In this document: piece after piece, positions 1 through 12,900 of the stretch
How the letters are laid out: every line of letters begins with the position of its first letter
How positions within the stretch are numbered: position 1 is the first letter of the stretch
From: Camelus dromedarius
Lineage: Eukaryota
DNA: 64,000 bases
NCBI RefSeq assembly: GCF_036321535.1
Contig: NC_087447.1
Location: 43,278,001-43,342,000 of the forward strand
Direction of reading: 5' to 3'
The notes under the pieces: model-generated
Seen by the model: the letters and a program-made list of their open reading frames with translations, nothing else
What the model was told of the DNA's origin: nothing
The model's database searches: none
Program-made: the position numbers and the translations under genes

Positions 1-218
1 GGGAGGGCGGCATCAGCTGAGCCAGGCTGAGCCAGCACCCTGACCACCCCAGAGAGGGCTCTGCCCCAGGGGTGGGGGCCCTTAGAGTGTCCTGGACCTC
101 CAGGGCTTCCCACACTGCGTCTCCTCCACATATACACACTAGCTGGAGTTCTGCCCTTACAAGCTCATGCAGAGGCTGGGGTGATGGGGAAGGCGGGCGG
201 GACTGGGGAGAGACTCAC

Positions 219-317
219 GTTGCGGGGCCGGATAGAGACTCTCTCGTGAACCATGGTCATGCCGGGGACAATCACACTCATCTTCCGTGGCCCCTTGAAA
301 CCTAAGACATTTGTTTC
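219..317 (-). CDS. TUB: TUB coding exon 10 ([33 protein letters not shown]); gene continues beyond window start
   Basis: tcctag|GAA...AAC|gtgagt; 99 nt; contains the conserved [11 protein letters not shown] motif. Confidence 0.98.
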
Positions 318-389
318 CTAGGAAAGAGAGAAAACACTGGCCGTCTGAGGACTCTACTTACCTACTGGAGAGACCCAGGGGAGGGAATA

Positions 390-1260
390 AAAATGAGCTA
401 GTTTTAACCACTGGAATGTCCACCAGACATCTCTAAACTTACCACATCCACAGCTTGGCGCCTGAGTCCCCACTCTGCCCAAACTGGCCTCCTCACCTCA
501 GTTAAAGGCAACTCAATTCTTCTGTTTGCTCAAACTACTGGGACTCATACTTGATGCCCCTCTTCCTCTCCCACCCCACTTCTAACCCATCAGCAAATGC
601 TGTCAGCTCTTCCTTCAGATTATAGTCAGAATTCAACCACTTTCCACCACCGCCACCTCTCGCCGACATCACAGCGCTAGCCTTTAACTGGACTCCTTGT
701 TTCTTTCCATCCTTGGCCCCTTGCCCTCCTCATCATCATGTGTTCCTCACACAGCAGTGAGTGGTCCTGTTAAGTCAGACTGTTTTCCTCCCCAGTTCAT
801 TCAAAGTCAAAGCTGAAGGTCTTACCTCGACCTGCAATGCCTCACATAATATGGCCCCATTAGCGCCTCTCTTCCCCACTTCCTCTCTGCATCCGCTCCG
901 CCCTCCTTGCTCTTCTCCCTAATCACCAGGCATCCAGGGCTTTTGCCCTCGCTGTTTTCTCCCCGACACCTACATGGTGGGCTCTCACTTCCTCTGGCCT
1001 TTACCTAAGCGCTACCTCGGGGAGGCCCTCCCTGCCATCATTCCTAGAAGGGCACTCCTATCTCTTCCCTGCTTTATTTTTTCCTTCTTAACATTAATCG
1101 GGAATTATTTTGCTTATATGACGGTTTTATAGCTTATCTCCCCCACCAAGGGTTTAAGCCCCATAAAGGTATATATGTTTGTATCTCTTGTTCACTACTG
1201 TATTCTCAGTGCCTCCCTCAAACAGCACCTGGAACGTAGTGGAGGCTAAGTAACTGAAGA
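390..1260 (+). mobile_element. LINE-2 3' remnant (intron 9)
   Basis: L2-like words (ctcagttaaaggcaactc, cagcaaatgctgtcagctct, cttgttcactactgtattctcagtgcct...agcacctgg). Boundaries approximate. Confidence 0.7.
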
Positions 1261-1827
1261 GATTCAGGCTGCCTCCCCAAAGCTGACCGGCAGGTGGCAC
1301 CACGAGATCATACAAAACAGCTATGGATTCCCAATTAGCCTCCAAAAAATGCCCATGACCAGGCTGACGGTACCAGTCCCTCATTTCAGAATGAGATGGA
1401 GTAATCCCCTATTCATATTCGTTTGGTCATTTACGAGCCATAAATGGCAAGTGATCCAACCTCTGATCTTCAGTTTCCTCATCTATATAATAAAATAGGA
1501 TAGAGCTCTTAGGTTGAATATTAAGTGAGATGATTATACTAAGTGCCTGATAGTCCATTCAGGACCTGAATACCAGGGGGAGGGTTTAAGGGTGGCTCCA
1601 ACAAGAACCCAGGCCTCTGCCTCCTCTCCAGGAGGCCTCCAGGCTGGGCTGCAGAGAGCCAGGCCTAGTTCCCAAAAGTCCGCAGGCAGGGGTCACTCCA
1701 CAGAGGGCAGCCCGCTGCGCAGCCTTGTCTGTCCACAAAGATAGGTGGGATAGGCCACAGAACAAGTAGCAAGTCCCGAGTGTCACGTCTAGCCTGGAGA
1801 CCAGAGACCCAGGCACCCACGACTCAC

Positions 1828-1945
1828 GTAGCATACGGCAGCCAGCTCCTGGCGCAAGGTTCCACTTTCCAGAGTTGAGGAGGATGCCTTCTGCGGGTTG
1901 ACTCCATTGTCATAAACGGTGAACTTAGTGCCCATGAGGTTGGAC
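1828..1945 (-). CDS. TUB: TUB coding exon 9 ([39 protein letters not shown])
   Basis: ctccag|G...TAC|gtgagt; 118 nt; matches the tubby domain. Confidence 0.98.
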
Positions 1946-2752
1946 CTGGAGGACAGGCACAATCAGTATAGGGTCGTGCACCCTCTGCCCTGGGGCAGGG
2001 AGCAGCTCAGGGTCTATCCTATGAGAAGCCTGCAAAGCATTCTGGGCTGGGCCAGGAGCAGACCTGGGGGCACAGTGCCCACAGAATCCCCATCTGTGAA
2101 GGCGCTTCCTGGACTTGCTCTGAGTTGAGGCAAAGAGCATCTCAGTTCAGTTCAGGGAAATTTGGGTTCCACAGAAAGCCTCCCTGGAGGAACAGGAGTG
2201 GCTTCCCTCATGGGACATGAGCAGGCAGAGTGGCATCTGGCAAGCCTGTGAGGGGACTCAGCACCCCAAGGAGGGTGGAGGAGATGACCTGCTCTGTCCT
2301 GCCCAACCTGAGTTTGGGTGCAGCTCCATCTCCAGCTTTAATTCCTTGCCTCTAAGCTTGATTTATGCTCCCAGATCCAGTGCTCTTCCTCAGCAAACCC
2401 TCCCTCACCTAAGGCTGAGCTCAGGGCCTTCCCCAACCCAAGGGCTCACTCAGCCCTGCCCCCCTGGCACCAACCATGGTGGCCTACATCATCAGTGACA
2501 TCCTGGGGTTTGACCTATTGCCCTTAGTAGGCCTGCACCCCCCTGCCCCTGCCTGGGAGCAGCTTCGGGTAGGATGTGTGGGCTCATCTCCAAGTCTGGC
2601 TCTAGGCTGGCACAGATCTAGGCCTATGGTTGATCTGACAGAGAAGACCCTGGGAGAGCACCTGACCTCCTTCAGGGACAGGAGGTGCCCCCTACAGAGA
2701 GCCTGCCCCTGCCTCCCCCACCCTCGCCGGCTTCCTTCAGGAGTGCTGGTAC

Positions 2753-2865
2753 CGCAGTTTCCCAATGTAGCTGTCCCCTCCTCGAGACAGGTCTGTTGGG
2801 TCCACAGAGATGAGGTAATTGGAAGTTTTACTCTTCTTCCTCTTCCTTCCCGCCAGGAGGAACAC
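2753..2865 (-). CDS. TUB: TUB coding exon 8 ([38 protein letters not shown])
   Basis: cccaag|GTG...CTG CG|gtacca; 113 nt; the PI(4,5)P2-binding KLR motif spans this junction. Confidence 0.98.
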
Positions 2866-3115
2866 CTTGGGGAGTGGAGTGAGGTCACATTCCAGGCCCA
2901 GCCTCCAGTCCACACACAATCACAGGTGCCACTCGCACAAGTGACTCCCTCGCTCCAGCTCCCAAACACACACACATGCACCAACTAGGCACGAGGGCTT
3001 TCGTCCCCTGGGGGGGGACAGAAAGGAGAGTGTCGGAGCTGAGGCTTCCAGTCCCAGTCCAGCCCCCAGGACCTCAAGCCCATCTGGTGAAGCTGCGTGC
3101 CCAAGCCAATCTCAC

Positions 3116-3313
3116 CTTCTTCCCATCCTCGCGGTCCAGGTGCAGAAAGTAAGTGGGGTACATGCCTCGGTCCATGCCCTTCTTGTCCCGTGTGATACGG
3201 CACTTGATGGTGATGCCCTGGGGTGCCGGCCTCAGTGCGAACTCCTCAAGATCCTGGACCTCAACATCCACTGATGGCTCTGGGGCTGTCGGGCTGGGGG
3301 CTGAGGCTGCCTC
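3116..3313 (-). CDS. TUB: TUB coding exon 7, start of tubby domain (EAASAPSP...[40 protein letters not shown])
   Basis: ctgtag|GAG...AAG|gtgaga; 198 nt, phase 0-0; hallmark tubby-domain sequence. Confidence 0.98.
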
Positions 3314-3744
3314 CTACAGAGGAGAGAGTAGGAGCTGAGCCCCAGGAACCCTGAGCAGCTAAAATGGACGGTCCAGGATCCAAAGCTGCCCCTAGTCGGG
3401 GGGTGGTGGGAGACAGGGCAGGGGCTCTGGGATGTGGGCCTGGCCACCCTGGCCCTGGGGTCAACAGCTGGCCCTTCCCTCACCTTAGCAGCCCCTGGGG
3501 GTGGAGGTGGATGAACCGGGCAGGTTCTAGAGGTCATCCTGTCCAATTCCAACTCCCCCACCCTTCTGGCCTGGCTGAAGAGAAAGGAGGCTGGGTGGGA
3601 GGACATAAGAGCCCAGTCAGGAGGAGATCTTGGTAAGTACCTGGCCCAGCCTTTGTCCCCAGAGAAGCCATCTCTCCATCACTTCTCCACACTCGCTCCC
3701 CTCCCACTGGGGGGATGCTGCTGGGCAGGAGCCTCTGCACTCAC

Positions 3745-3863
3745 CCTGACGGACTTCCTGCTGGTGGCAGAGCTGGGGCGGGTGTTGCTGTTTAGTTGGG
3801 AGGAGCTGGAGCTGTTCTCTTCCTCCTCCTCCTCCTCTTCAAAGCTCATGCTGCCGGAGACGC
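3745..3863 (-). CDS. TUB: TUB coding exon 6 ([40 protein letters not shown])
   Basis: gcccag|GC...AGG|gtgagt; 119 nt; acidic/Ser-rich linker of tubby. Confidence 0.96.
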
Positions 3864-3942
3864 CTGGGCCGTGCAGAGGAGCAGGAAGGGATGAGCCGTC
3901 AGACAGGCACACCTAGTCTCCCGTCCACAGGCTGTCACTTCT

Positions 3943-3969
3943 ACACACACACACACACACACACACACA
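3943..3969. repeat. (CA)n microsatellite, intron 5
   Basis: Directly visible. Confidence 0.95.
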
Positions 3970-4432
3970 GCGCCGCATGTACACACATGCACTCACACAC
4001 TCCCACACATACATCCAGGTACACACAGGACACACTTCCCCTCTCTCAAATGTGATCTGGCGCTGGTCACTACCCTTGGGTGCAGCCCCACCTCCCAGCT
4101 TCAGCTCAGTCAGACCTTTCCTCTCCAGCAGTCAGGGTATCCCGTCTCCCATGTAGCAAGGCCTGAGTTGGGCTGACCCTGCGTGGGAGCCTCCATTTCT
4201 GGCCTCCACTAGAGGCCTTGGCTGGCATAGGCCATGGAATTTTCTTGGGAAAGGCCCAACTCCTTACTCAGCCTGACATATGGGGCCCACCAACTCCTCT
4301 CCAAAGCCCGCCTAGGCCCCCATCTACGTGCCTCTTCCCTCCTGGCATGCCATCCCCAGTCTCCAGCTGCCTCAGTAACCCTTTCTCCAGGAAGCTGTCC
4401 CTAGTGCGATTTCTCAGAACGTGTGCACTGCT

Positions 4433-4495
4433 GGGCTGCCAGCTGCCGCCCCATGCCGGGGGCTGCCAGCTGCCGCCCCATGCCGGGGGCTGCCA
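4433..4495. repeat. 27-bp tandem repeat x2.3 (gggctgccagctgccgccccatgccgg)
   Basis: Exact copies at 4433-4459 and 4460-4486 plus a partial copy 4487-4495. Confidence 0.92.
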
Positions 4496-4928
4496 CAGTC
4501 CCTGGGGCAGAGCTCATGGTGGGGAAACTATCAGGGCAGCACGCTTCCTGAGGGATCAGCCCTGCCTCTCAGCCTCCTGGCCCTGCTCCCCCTGGCTCAG
4601 TGGGCAGAGGGGGAACATTTGGCAAAAGCTTTTTCAAAGGAACCAAAGGGAAAGGAAATCTGTCCCTGAACCTGGGCCTCTCTGGGGGCATGAGACGGGT
4701 GAGGAGAGAGAGGACCAGGCTGTGGGCTGGTTGGTTACCTTCGTTCATATGTCTTTCCCTTAACTTAGCCTTATCAGGGGCCCCTGCCCAAGTTTCTCAT
4801 TGGTCTCCAAGTGTGCCCCCTACCAGGGCCTGGAACAGACACAGGAGGGCCATGCTCTCCAAGAAGGGTGCATCTGAGAACCTGGGACTGAGCTTTGGGG
4901 GGTGTCACTGGACCCCCACGAGGCTCAC

Positions 4929-5096
4929 CCTTCCTCTGCATCGCAGCACGGATGTCCTGCCCGCTGGGCTGTGTGCCCCCACCAGCTGCCGTCTCCCCCG
5001 CGTCCCGGTCGTGGTCTGACTGGCCCACAGTCAGGATCTGCACGGGGCCTCGGGCCTCAGACTTGTCTTCTGCCAGTGCTGCTGGCCCGCCGGTGC
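4929..5096 (-). CDS. TUB: TUB coding exon 5 ([56 protein letters not shown])
   Basis: ctgcag|GC...AAG G|gtgagc; 168 nt, phase 1-1. Confidence 0.95.
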
Positions 5097-6283
5097 CTGC
5101 AGGCCATGGACATTCCTGAGTCTCATCGGGGTTGTGGGGTGGAGGGCAGGAAGAGCCTGGATTCTCAGATGTCCAGGAAGAGGTTGAGGGATGAATGCAG
5201 GGACCCTCTGAAAACTTTATTTGCAAAACTGAATTTTAAAAACCGAATGACTGCTGTCAGCCTCTTAACCACCAGTGAGCTAGGAAGGGGCATGGGCTTC
5301 GTTTCTTCTGCTGTTCCCCTAGACTGGCTGCCAAGGGTTGCACTGAGATGCCCCACATCCCTAGGCAGACAGCAGCCAGCTACAAAACCAGCCACACAGT
5401 GAGAAGCATGAGAGGGAAAACAAAGCTGGATGCAGACACAGTGAGGCCACCACTCAGCACGGACGTGGCCAGCTCCACATTGTCAATGCTGACATCCTCT
5501 CTCTCTTGCTGACACACATACAGACTCACACACGTCACTAAACACGTGGGACCCCTCGAAAAAGACCAAGGTCGCATACGCTTGCCATCTCAAATGGAGG
5601 GCCTTCCATGCCCCATCAACATTCCTGCCCAAGATGCCACAACCTCAGTACCAGAAGCAAGGCCTGGCCCACACATCTGGGCTCTGCCCAAAATGCTGTG
5701 GTCAGCTCCAGAAGCCTACGGACCCTGACGCCACTATCCAACCAGGACCCAGAGGCCTGGAAGTCACTCCCACAGACAAGGGTTGAAGAGACAGGGGTCT
5801 AGCCAGCAGACACAGGACTCAGGCCGGGGCCACTGAAACTTGGCCTTGATCTCCAGGGATCTTTTCTGGAGGGAGAAGAGCAGAGGGAACAGACTGGTCT
5901 GTGAGCCAAGAGAGGGACTGGGACTAGAGGAGAGAGTGGAGGATGCCCAAGAATGGGACGGCAGCCTGGGAGCCAGTGAGCCCCACTGGAGGGAGCATCC
6001 TGGTCAGGATGGAGGTAGAGGCGCTCAGGCCAGGTGGGAGGGGCTTCCTGGGCCAAAGCTGAGCTGAACTTCACTTCCTGGCAGCACGGGAGGCTGGCCC
6101 GGGTGCCACATGAGCTAGAGGCAGCCTGTGAGCCGGCTGGGTGGGGGACCCGAGTGCCATTCTGTGCCCTCACCGAGGCCTTCCACCCGGTCCCTCGTGC
6201 CCAGGTCTGGAGGATAAGCCTCCCGCCAACCCCACAGCCGGGACCAGGCCTCCTGCGGAGGGCGGCAGTGAGGGCAAGCCAAC

Positions 6284-6424
6284 CTTTGTGCTTCCCCTTC
6301 TTCTCCTTCCTAGAGGCCCCGCCCTGGCCCCCTGCTGCAGCTGCCTTGGTCCTCTTGGCTGAGGCTGGTGCTGTGGGGCGGGCGGCTCCCAGTGGCACAC
6401 TGGCAAGCGAGTCGGCCTCTTGAA
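6284..6424 (-). CDS. TUB: TUB coding exon 4 ([47 protein letters not shown])
   Basis: gagcag|TT...AAA G|gttggc; 141 nt, phase 1-1. Confidence 0.95.
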
Positions 6425-6447
6425 CTGCTCAGGAGAGAGCCCAAGAC

Positions 6448-6468
6448 AGAGAGAGAGAGAGAGAGAGA
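6448..6468. repeat. (AG)10 microsatellite just upstream of the exon 4 acceptor
   Basis: Directly visible; reads (CT)n on the transcribed strand. Confidence 0.95.
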
Positions 6469-8598
6469 AAATGGGCACAAGGTGAGACCAGAGCTCCAGC
6501 ACAACACTTCCCAGCTGCCCCACCATTGCCCAAGCCCCACCAGGGCCTCTGTACTATCATCTCTAATAGGCAGAGGCACACAGGGCAGGATGAGCTCGAA
6601 GGAGGCAGCACCCGCCCCCCGGCAGGGTGATAAAGTCAACAGCCTGGCCTGCGCCAACCAACCTAGGAGCAGAGCGGTCAGTGCTCTGGGTCAGCAAAGC
6701 TCTGGGTCAGCAAACGTTCGAGCCCGGGCAGGGCGAGGGAGAGTGTCTGCCAAAACACGCATCATCGGAGACGGTAGATGCAGACGGAAAAGGCTGCATC
6801 CCCTGGAAGAGACCTGAGCGAGGGCAAGCACTCCAGGGAGCCGAACTGCCTCACAGGGCAGCCCCTGGAGCAGAATAACCCACACAAGGAGCTGCACACC
6901 AGCAGAGAGGTCTTGGGAGGGCCACAGTTGGGTGTCTCCGCACCCTGCAAGCATCAGACCCCCACTCTGCTCAAAGTCCTTGAGTGCTTTCTCACTGCTG
7001 TTAAGAGGACGTCCAGCGTTCTCCTGCAAGTCTGGCTCCTCCATCTCCCTTCCCCTAGGCCTAGCTGCACACTCACCTCGGGCACCCCAAGTCCCAGCCG
7101 TACCAGGCTCTTTCAGTGCCTCAGACAATCTGGACTCCCTTCTGCCACAGCCTTGCTCTGACTGTCCCACCGCCTGGACGGCCCTCCTGACTGCCGCCCC
7201 CTAACTCCCACTCCTGCAGATTCCAGCGCAGACCTCACTCCTCAGGGAAGCCGCTAGTCTGGGAGCAGACTCTCTGCCATTCACTCACTGAGTCTGGCTC
7301 CTTTCCATAAAGCACACCTAGGACAACCTGTTTAATTCTCACTCCCCTCCTAGACCTTAAGTTCATAAGAAAACACACACACCCATCTGTGCTCACCCAT
7401 TTGTGGAGCCCCAGACTCTAATCCAGAGCCTGACACAAGGAGGCTCTCAATAAATATTTAGGAAACAGATGCATACATACAAGCACAGCCAGTAGGTCAA
7501 AACTCTACTGGGATAAACTGTGGGTTCTGATTTAGGTCAGACTCCCTCATCCTCCCCTGGGAATGATCCCCTTGTAGTTAACACTAAGAGCCAGCAGAGG
7601 GCAGAGCAGGAGGCAGCTGACGCTGCAGGGCGGTGGGGGCAGAGTGGGGCGGGGCTCTGGGAAACCAAGTCCCAGGTCAGCCAGCCCCGGAAGCAGCCTC
7701 CTCAGAGCTGGGGAACACTGGCCCCGGAGAAGCTGCCTGCACCTAGCCTGGTCTGGAGTCTCAACAGGGAACAGGGAACAGCATTCAGTGGATTAGACCT
7801 TGGAACGCACCATGGCTGCTTCAACTTTCAAAGCCATAAGAGAATTTTCTTCACTTCACAGAGGAGGAAGCAGATCCAGAGAGTGTAAGTGACTTGCTTA
7901 TAGTTACAAGCAAGCAGGTGACCAGAAGCTCTGTCTTCTGACTTGGGCTGTGCACTCTATCAGGGGGGCTGCGATCTTTCTGGGAACCTGGCCCAGCCTG
8001 GCACAGTCAGTGCACAAGAAACACCCATCAAAACGACTGTACAGCTGTGACCTGCCGGACTCTGTCAAAGCCTCCAGATGCCCGCTCTGGCACAAAGTGG
8101 CAGGGCCCCGAGTCCCAGGAGCTGGCTCCCCTCCCATGTGCAGCCTCAGATGGCCAAGCTGGGCAGGGCAGGGAAGGGGCACTGATGCAAGGCTCCAGAT
8201 GCAGATCAGGTTCTACAGGACCCAGAACAGTGGGGCCTTCTCAGCAAGGTGTTGCCACCACCCTTGGGATGGTGCTCACAGAGGAACATGAGAAGGCTGC
8301 CGGTGAGGGCGGGCCAGGGGGCCAGTTCCATGGGGAGGCAAGTTCCATGTTCCTTCCTCTGAAGGGCCTCTTGCCACAGGTGCTGAACTGAAGCACATAA
8401 CAGGGGCATCACTGGGAAGGAGCCCCAAGAGGAGGCCACTGCCAGTTGTCTGAAGTGGCTGGAGGCTCCAGGTCCCAAGGAAGCGGGAGAAGGAGGAGAG
8501 CACCATGGTGGCTAAGATTCCTTCCAACTGCAGAAGCCAGATGCCTGCAACCTTCTTATAGTCAATAGTTGACACAGAAGACATGGTGATTACCAGCA

Positions 8599-8614
8599 CC
8601 AGCAGGGGGCAGTG
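8599..8614 (+). promoter_or_regulatory. CTCF motif (intron 3)
   Basis: CCAGCAGGGGGCAGTG fits the CTCF core consensus. Confidence 0.55.
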
Positions 8615-9311
8615 GAGACTGAGTCTGAGTCCTTCTTTCAGGCTCACAGAGACCAACCATCTGCCCAGCCTGACGTACTAAGCAACAAAGAGGGTCCTGA
8701 GCACAGGGAGGCAATGGAGCCACCCACCCTCCCCACCCCCAGGATGAGTGCAGAGAAGTCCATGCCCAGGGGACTCTGCTGAGAACCAGAGTGGACAAAG
8801 ATGAGAGCTGGAGGCTGCTGGTCACCACGGCTGCATGCAGGGAACTGCAGGCTAGAACCAGGCACACTGAGGGCGCGGGGAGCCCAGGGAGGCGAGGCAA
8901 CAGGTGTCTGTCACCAGAGGCACTGGGCGGGCAGGGTGATGGGTCCCTCTCAGGAGGCAGAATGCTGGCGGGGAGCAGACTATTCCACTCCTAGGCATTG
9001 CCTCTGGCTCTCAGTGAGATGTTCCAGATCAGAAACCTGGGCTTTTGGACTCCTAGATCCTTAAAGTTGTACCTTCTGGCCCCTGCACCTGACTCAGGAG
9101 CCCACGGCTCCAAGTCCCAGCCTCCCTCTGCCTGCCCCACTCAGCTGCCACCTGGGCTGGGTGCCATGCTCCGCCTGGGCACCCTGACAGCACGAGCCTC
9201 TCACCTGTCCAGGTCAGCAGCAAGTCCCTGAGGGGCCCCCCCAAGCAGTGCCAGGGTCTAAAGCTGTGGCACAGGGGCCACCCCAGGCTGGCGCCCCGAG
9301 GGCAGGGGTAC

Positions 9312-9474
9312 CTTGGTAGCTGGTGCTGCCGCTGCTGCTGAGGTAGGACTCCACCAGGGGGGCCTGCTCCTCCGACTGCCGGGCCCGCCGGCTCCGGGGC
9401 CGCCCATCGGCGTTGGCCTGCACCATCAGGGGCTCCTGGCGCTTCTTCTTCTGCTTCTGCTCCAGCAGAGCCCG
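9312..9474 (-). CDS. TUB: TUB coding exon 3 ([54 protein letters not shown]); KKKR NLS / IFT-A-binding N-terminal region
   Basis: ctgtag|CGG...CAA G|gtaccc; 163 nt, phase 0 to 1; matches tubby. Confidence 0.97.
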
Positions 9475-9931
9475 CTACAGAGGCACCGGACAGGCACAGG
9501 GGTTGGGAAGCCCCAAGAGGGCTACTGCCTCGCCCGAGGGAAGTCGCCCAGACTGGGACTGGAGGGGGCCCTGCTCACTCAGCTCGGTTCTAGAGGTCAC
9601 AGCGGGGTCCACTGTGGCCTCATGTTCCTGGTGCCCCAAGACTTGGGGTACAGGGAAAGCGGGCAAAAATCAGGCCAGGTAGCTGCCCTGGCAGGATCAC
9701 AGCACAGACTGCAGTCACCCGAGCTGCCTGCTGGCAGAAGCCCTGCATGCTGGGGCAGTGCTAACGCTGAGCTGGTAAAGGAGAGAGCTTGCTAGTCTCC
9801 TGGGAGGGGCCCCTCTCCCCACTAGACAGGATCACCCTAGGAAGGGGGCCAGCCCTTCCCCTGGCCATTGGACATTCCAGCTCAGATTCAGGCCAGGATG
9901 GTGAATTCCACCTGGCTCCAGCCTCACTCAC

Positions 9932-9983
9932 CTGCCGGTCAAGCTTCTGCTGCCTCAGGTTGCTGCCCTCATCATCTAAGACA
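9932..9983 (-). CDS. TUB: TUB coding exon 2 (VLDDEGSNLRQQKLDRQ), common acceptor for all 5' exons
   Basis: cctgcag|TGTC...CAG|gtgagt; 52 nt; translation matches tubby. Confidence 0.97.
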
Positions 9984-12900
9984 CTGCAGGTGGAGAGAGG
10001 GGTATTCAGGGCCTGGCCACGAGGAGCCAGGACAGCCCAGAGCCCAAGCCCAGCACGTCTGGGTTCTTTGAGCCCCTCCTATCATGGTCCCTGGGCATGT
10101 GGGAGAGGGAGGAAGGGTGAAGCTACTATCTGAGAACCAGCTCAAGACGTAAAGGCATGAGCCATCTTTCTGCCTCTTTGGGGATTTATCACCTGCTGGG
10201 ATCCCTGCTGCCCCAATGACTTCCCAGTCTACCATGCCCGGTAAATACAAGAGGACACATTCCCCTTGGGCCCGTGAGCAGGGCCAGGCCTGACTGACAT
10301 CCAGAGGCATCAGGAACAAGCCAGGCCCAAGGCCAGGCTTCAGACCCAAGGGCCTGCCCCTCCAGCTCCACCCCTCCCTCTGTCTTTCCATCCTTTCTGG
10401 AGGAGCGTGGGTCTTCCAGGACAGACTCTCTCCCCATCTGTTTAAGGCAAACTCCTGGCTCTCCAGGTGGTAAAGTGGGGGTGCTGACACTGCCCCCCTT
10501 CCCCACATATAGAGGACTGAGAGTCCCCTCATTTGGGAGAGTGAAGACACTGACCATCCCCTCAGGACATGAGCAGGTTTGGGTGTGGGGCAGACACAGC
10601 ACATCAATGCACAGCCTGGCAACTTGCCTCTAGGCCCTTCCCTGGCCACAGATGCAGCGCGGGTGGTTGCAGGGCATCAAATCCTGAGTCCCTAACTAAG
10701 GTCTTGGGATGGGCAGCATCGTCTCATACGGACCAGCCCCACGTCCCAGGATGGCAGAGCATGAGAGGGAGCTCCCACCACCTAGCTTGCTTTCTAGTCT
10801 AAGATGCATGCGTGAGGCCTATGCCCAAATCCTATCAAAGCCAAGGTCAGGACAGCTGCATGGGATGGGGTTGGAGCCTGAGGATCTGTGCTCTGGGAAC
10901 CTCCAGGCTGCTCTGTCCCAGTTATTCTGGAGCCTGCCCCGAACCAGACCTTGTGGGGGTGGCTGCACAGGTACGCCCAAGTGTGTTGGGTTTGCGTGTG
11001 AGGCTGCAGGTGTATCTCATGCGTGTGCACATACCAGGAGATGTCCAAATGTGTGAGTGCATCTACGTGTGTAAGCACACCTGGATATATATGCATGCAG
11101 ACACCTGTGTAAGAAGCAGTGTGCCCGTGCGTGCAGGTGAGTACAGCACACACGTCAGGGGGAAAGCTGACGTCACAGCACCCTGAAGACAAGGTGGGGC
11201 ACTTCCACCTCCTCCTGACTGCAGCAGCCCTTTCTAGCTGGAACAATCATTGACCTGAAATGTCCTTTCAGCTCATGCAAACTACTTGTGCTGGGGGAGC
11301 CAGCCAGAGGGTGGCAGGAAGTCCATGGACTGCAGACAGCCCACCACCCACCTCTGGCTACACCCACCTCTCTAGCCACAACCTAGAGAGACTCTGCATA
11401 TTTTGAACTAGCAGCTGTCCTACCTACTTGACATTTTGGAAGGATCTTCCTGATGCCTACAGGCTGCTCTGCACTCAAGAGGAGCCCCAGTGGGGACCTG
11501 GGGCCATGCACAGAACTTCCTCCTTCACCAAAACCTCAGCTGCCAGAGCACAGGAGAAAATACTCCTCAGCAGACATGCTTCTAAGTCAAGGCTTCAGTT
11601 TACCTAAAATAGTCCTCCTGTCTAAGAGTGCACATGGGCCTACCTGAGGGCATCGCCAGGCCCAGAGGACTGGGAACAGCTCTGAAAAATCCCAGATGGC
11701 TGGGATGGTGAGTGTCCCATCACAGAAGGCACGCGCCACAGGCCGGGGGTTGGGGGAGTGGGGTGGGCAGCACGAGTTTTGGACAAAGGGTGACGGCACC
11801 AGGGTAAGCAAGATGCCTGGGAGCCCTGCCAGGTCCGAGAGGCTACAACTCCCCTACCTCCCTCTCCACCGTCGGCTGGCGGCCCAACTGGGTAACGCAA
11901 GGGCAAAGCAGCTCCAGAGGGTCAGTGTGCAAACATCCCTGTCCACCGCAGCCTGTGGCTTCCAGGATATGGGTGACATCTGCAGTTTGGCTCTGTATGC
12001 CACCTGGCTGAGAGGGGCAGTGGGGACTGAAATCCAACTGTGTCCTGATTGCCAAGCTCTGTTCCTGGGCACACACAAGGCGGCCTGCCATCTCAGACAT
12101 GTGCTGGTGGCCTGGCCACAGGAGCCAGTGTCATCTCCACCAGGTAGTGCTGGCTCCCCTTCCTGCCAGGAGAGGCTGGTTCCTGGATCCTGGGATGATG
12201 TGAGCCATCATGTTCTCCCAGGGCAGGGCCAAGGCTGTCATCTGGGTCACCCCTGGCCCCAGGCCTCGCTGAGCAGAGCAAAGATGACAACTTCCATGGT
12301 GCTGACACCACAAAGGTACTGACACCTAATATAAAAGGGGGACATCCTGCTGAGAGGTAAGCTCCCATTAGCAACGCCACCTCCGAACTGCTGGTCACAG
12401 TGGCTGCTCGACTGACAAAAGGTGGTCCAGCCACGGTGGCCTCCCTGCCCAGTGCCCCATTCACATCCTCATCCATGCAGAGGGGTGTCTTCCCACCACA
12501 GACCACTGTCCTCCGGCCATGGACTTTCCACAGTTCCATGAAAGCATCACTTCCTCTCCTCCGTCCCCACCTCCATTCCCCAGTAGGGGAGAATGACAAA
12601 GAACTGCAGGCTTCAGTAACACAGGTCACTAGATGTGATCATAGCTAGAATGGACTTAGCCACCAGCCTTCTAAGAAAGATGGATGGACACAAGGGCAAG
12701 GCTTCCGAGATTCCAGAAACTCAGATACCCAAGGAGTGCCTGGAGAGCCGCCCACCACCTCCCTCGGCACCAGGCAGGCTGGAGCCTCGGAGGAAGGGAG
12801 CGTGCAGGGCTGGGGTTGGCGGGCAGCTGGGGAGAAGCAACATGTGCCTGGTGAGTAAGAACACGCCTGGCTGAGCAAGACCCATCCAGGAGGGCCGGCA

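Noticed and set aside
9972..12322. Long ORFs in intron 1 (225 aa, 208 aa)
   Set aside because: Mostly non-ATG starts from the ORF track, no recognisable protein features; expected by chance in GC-rich intron.
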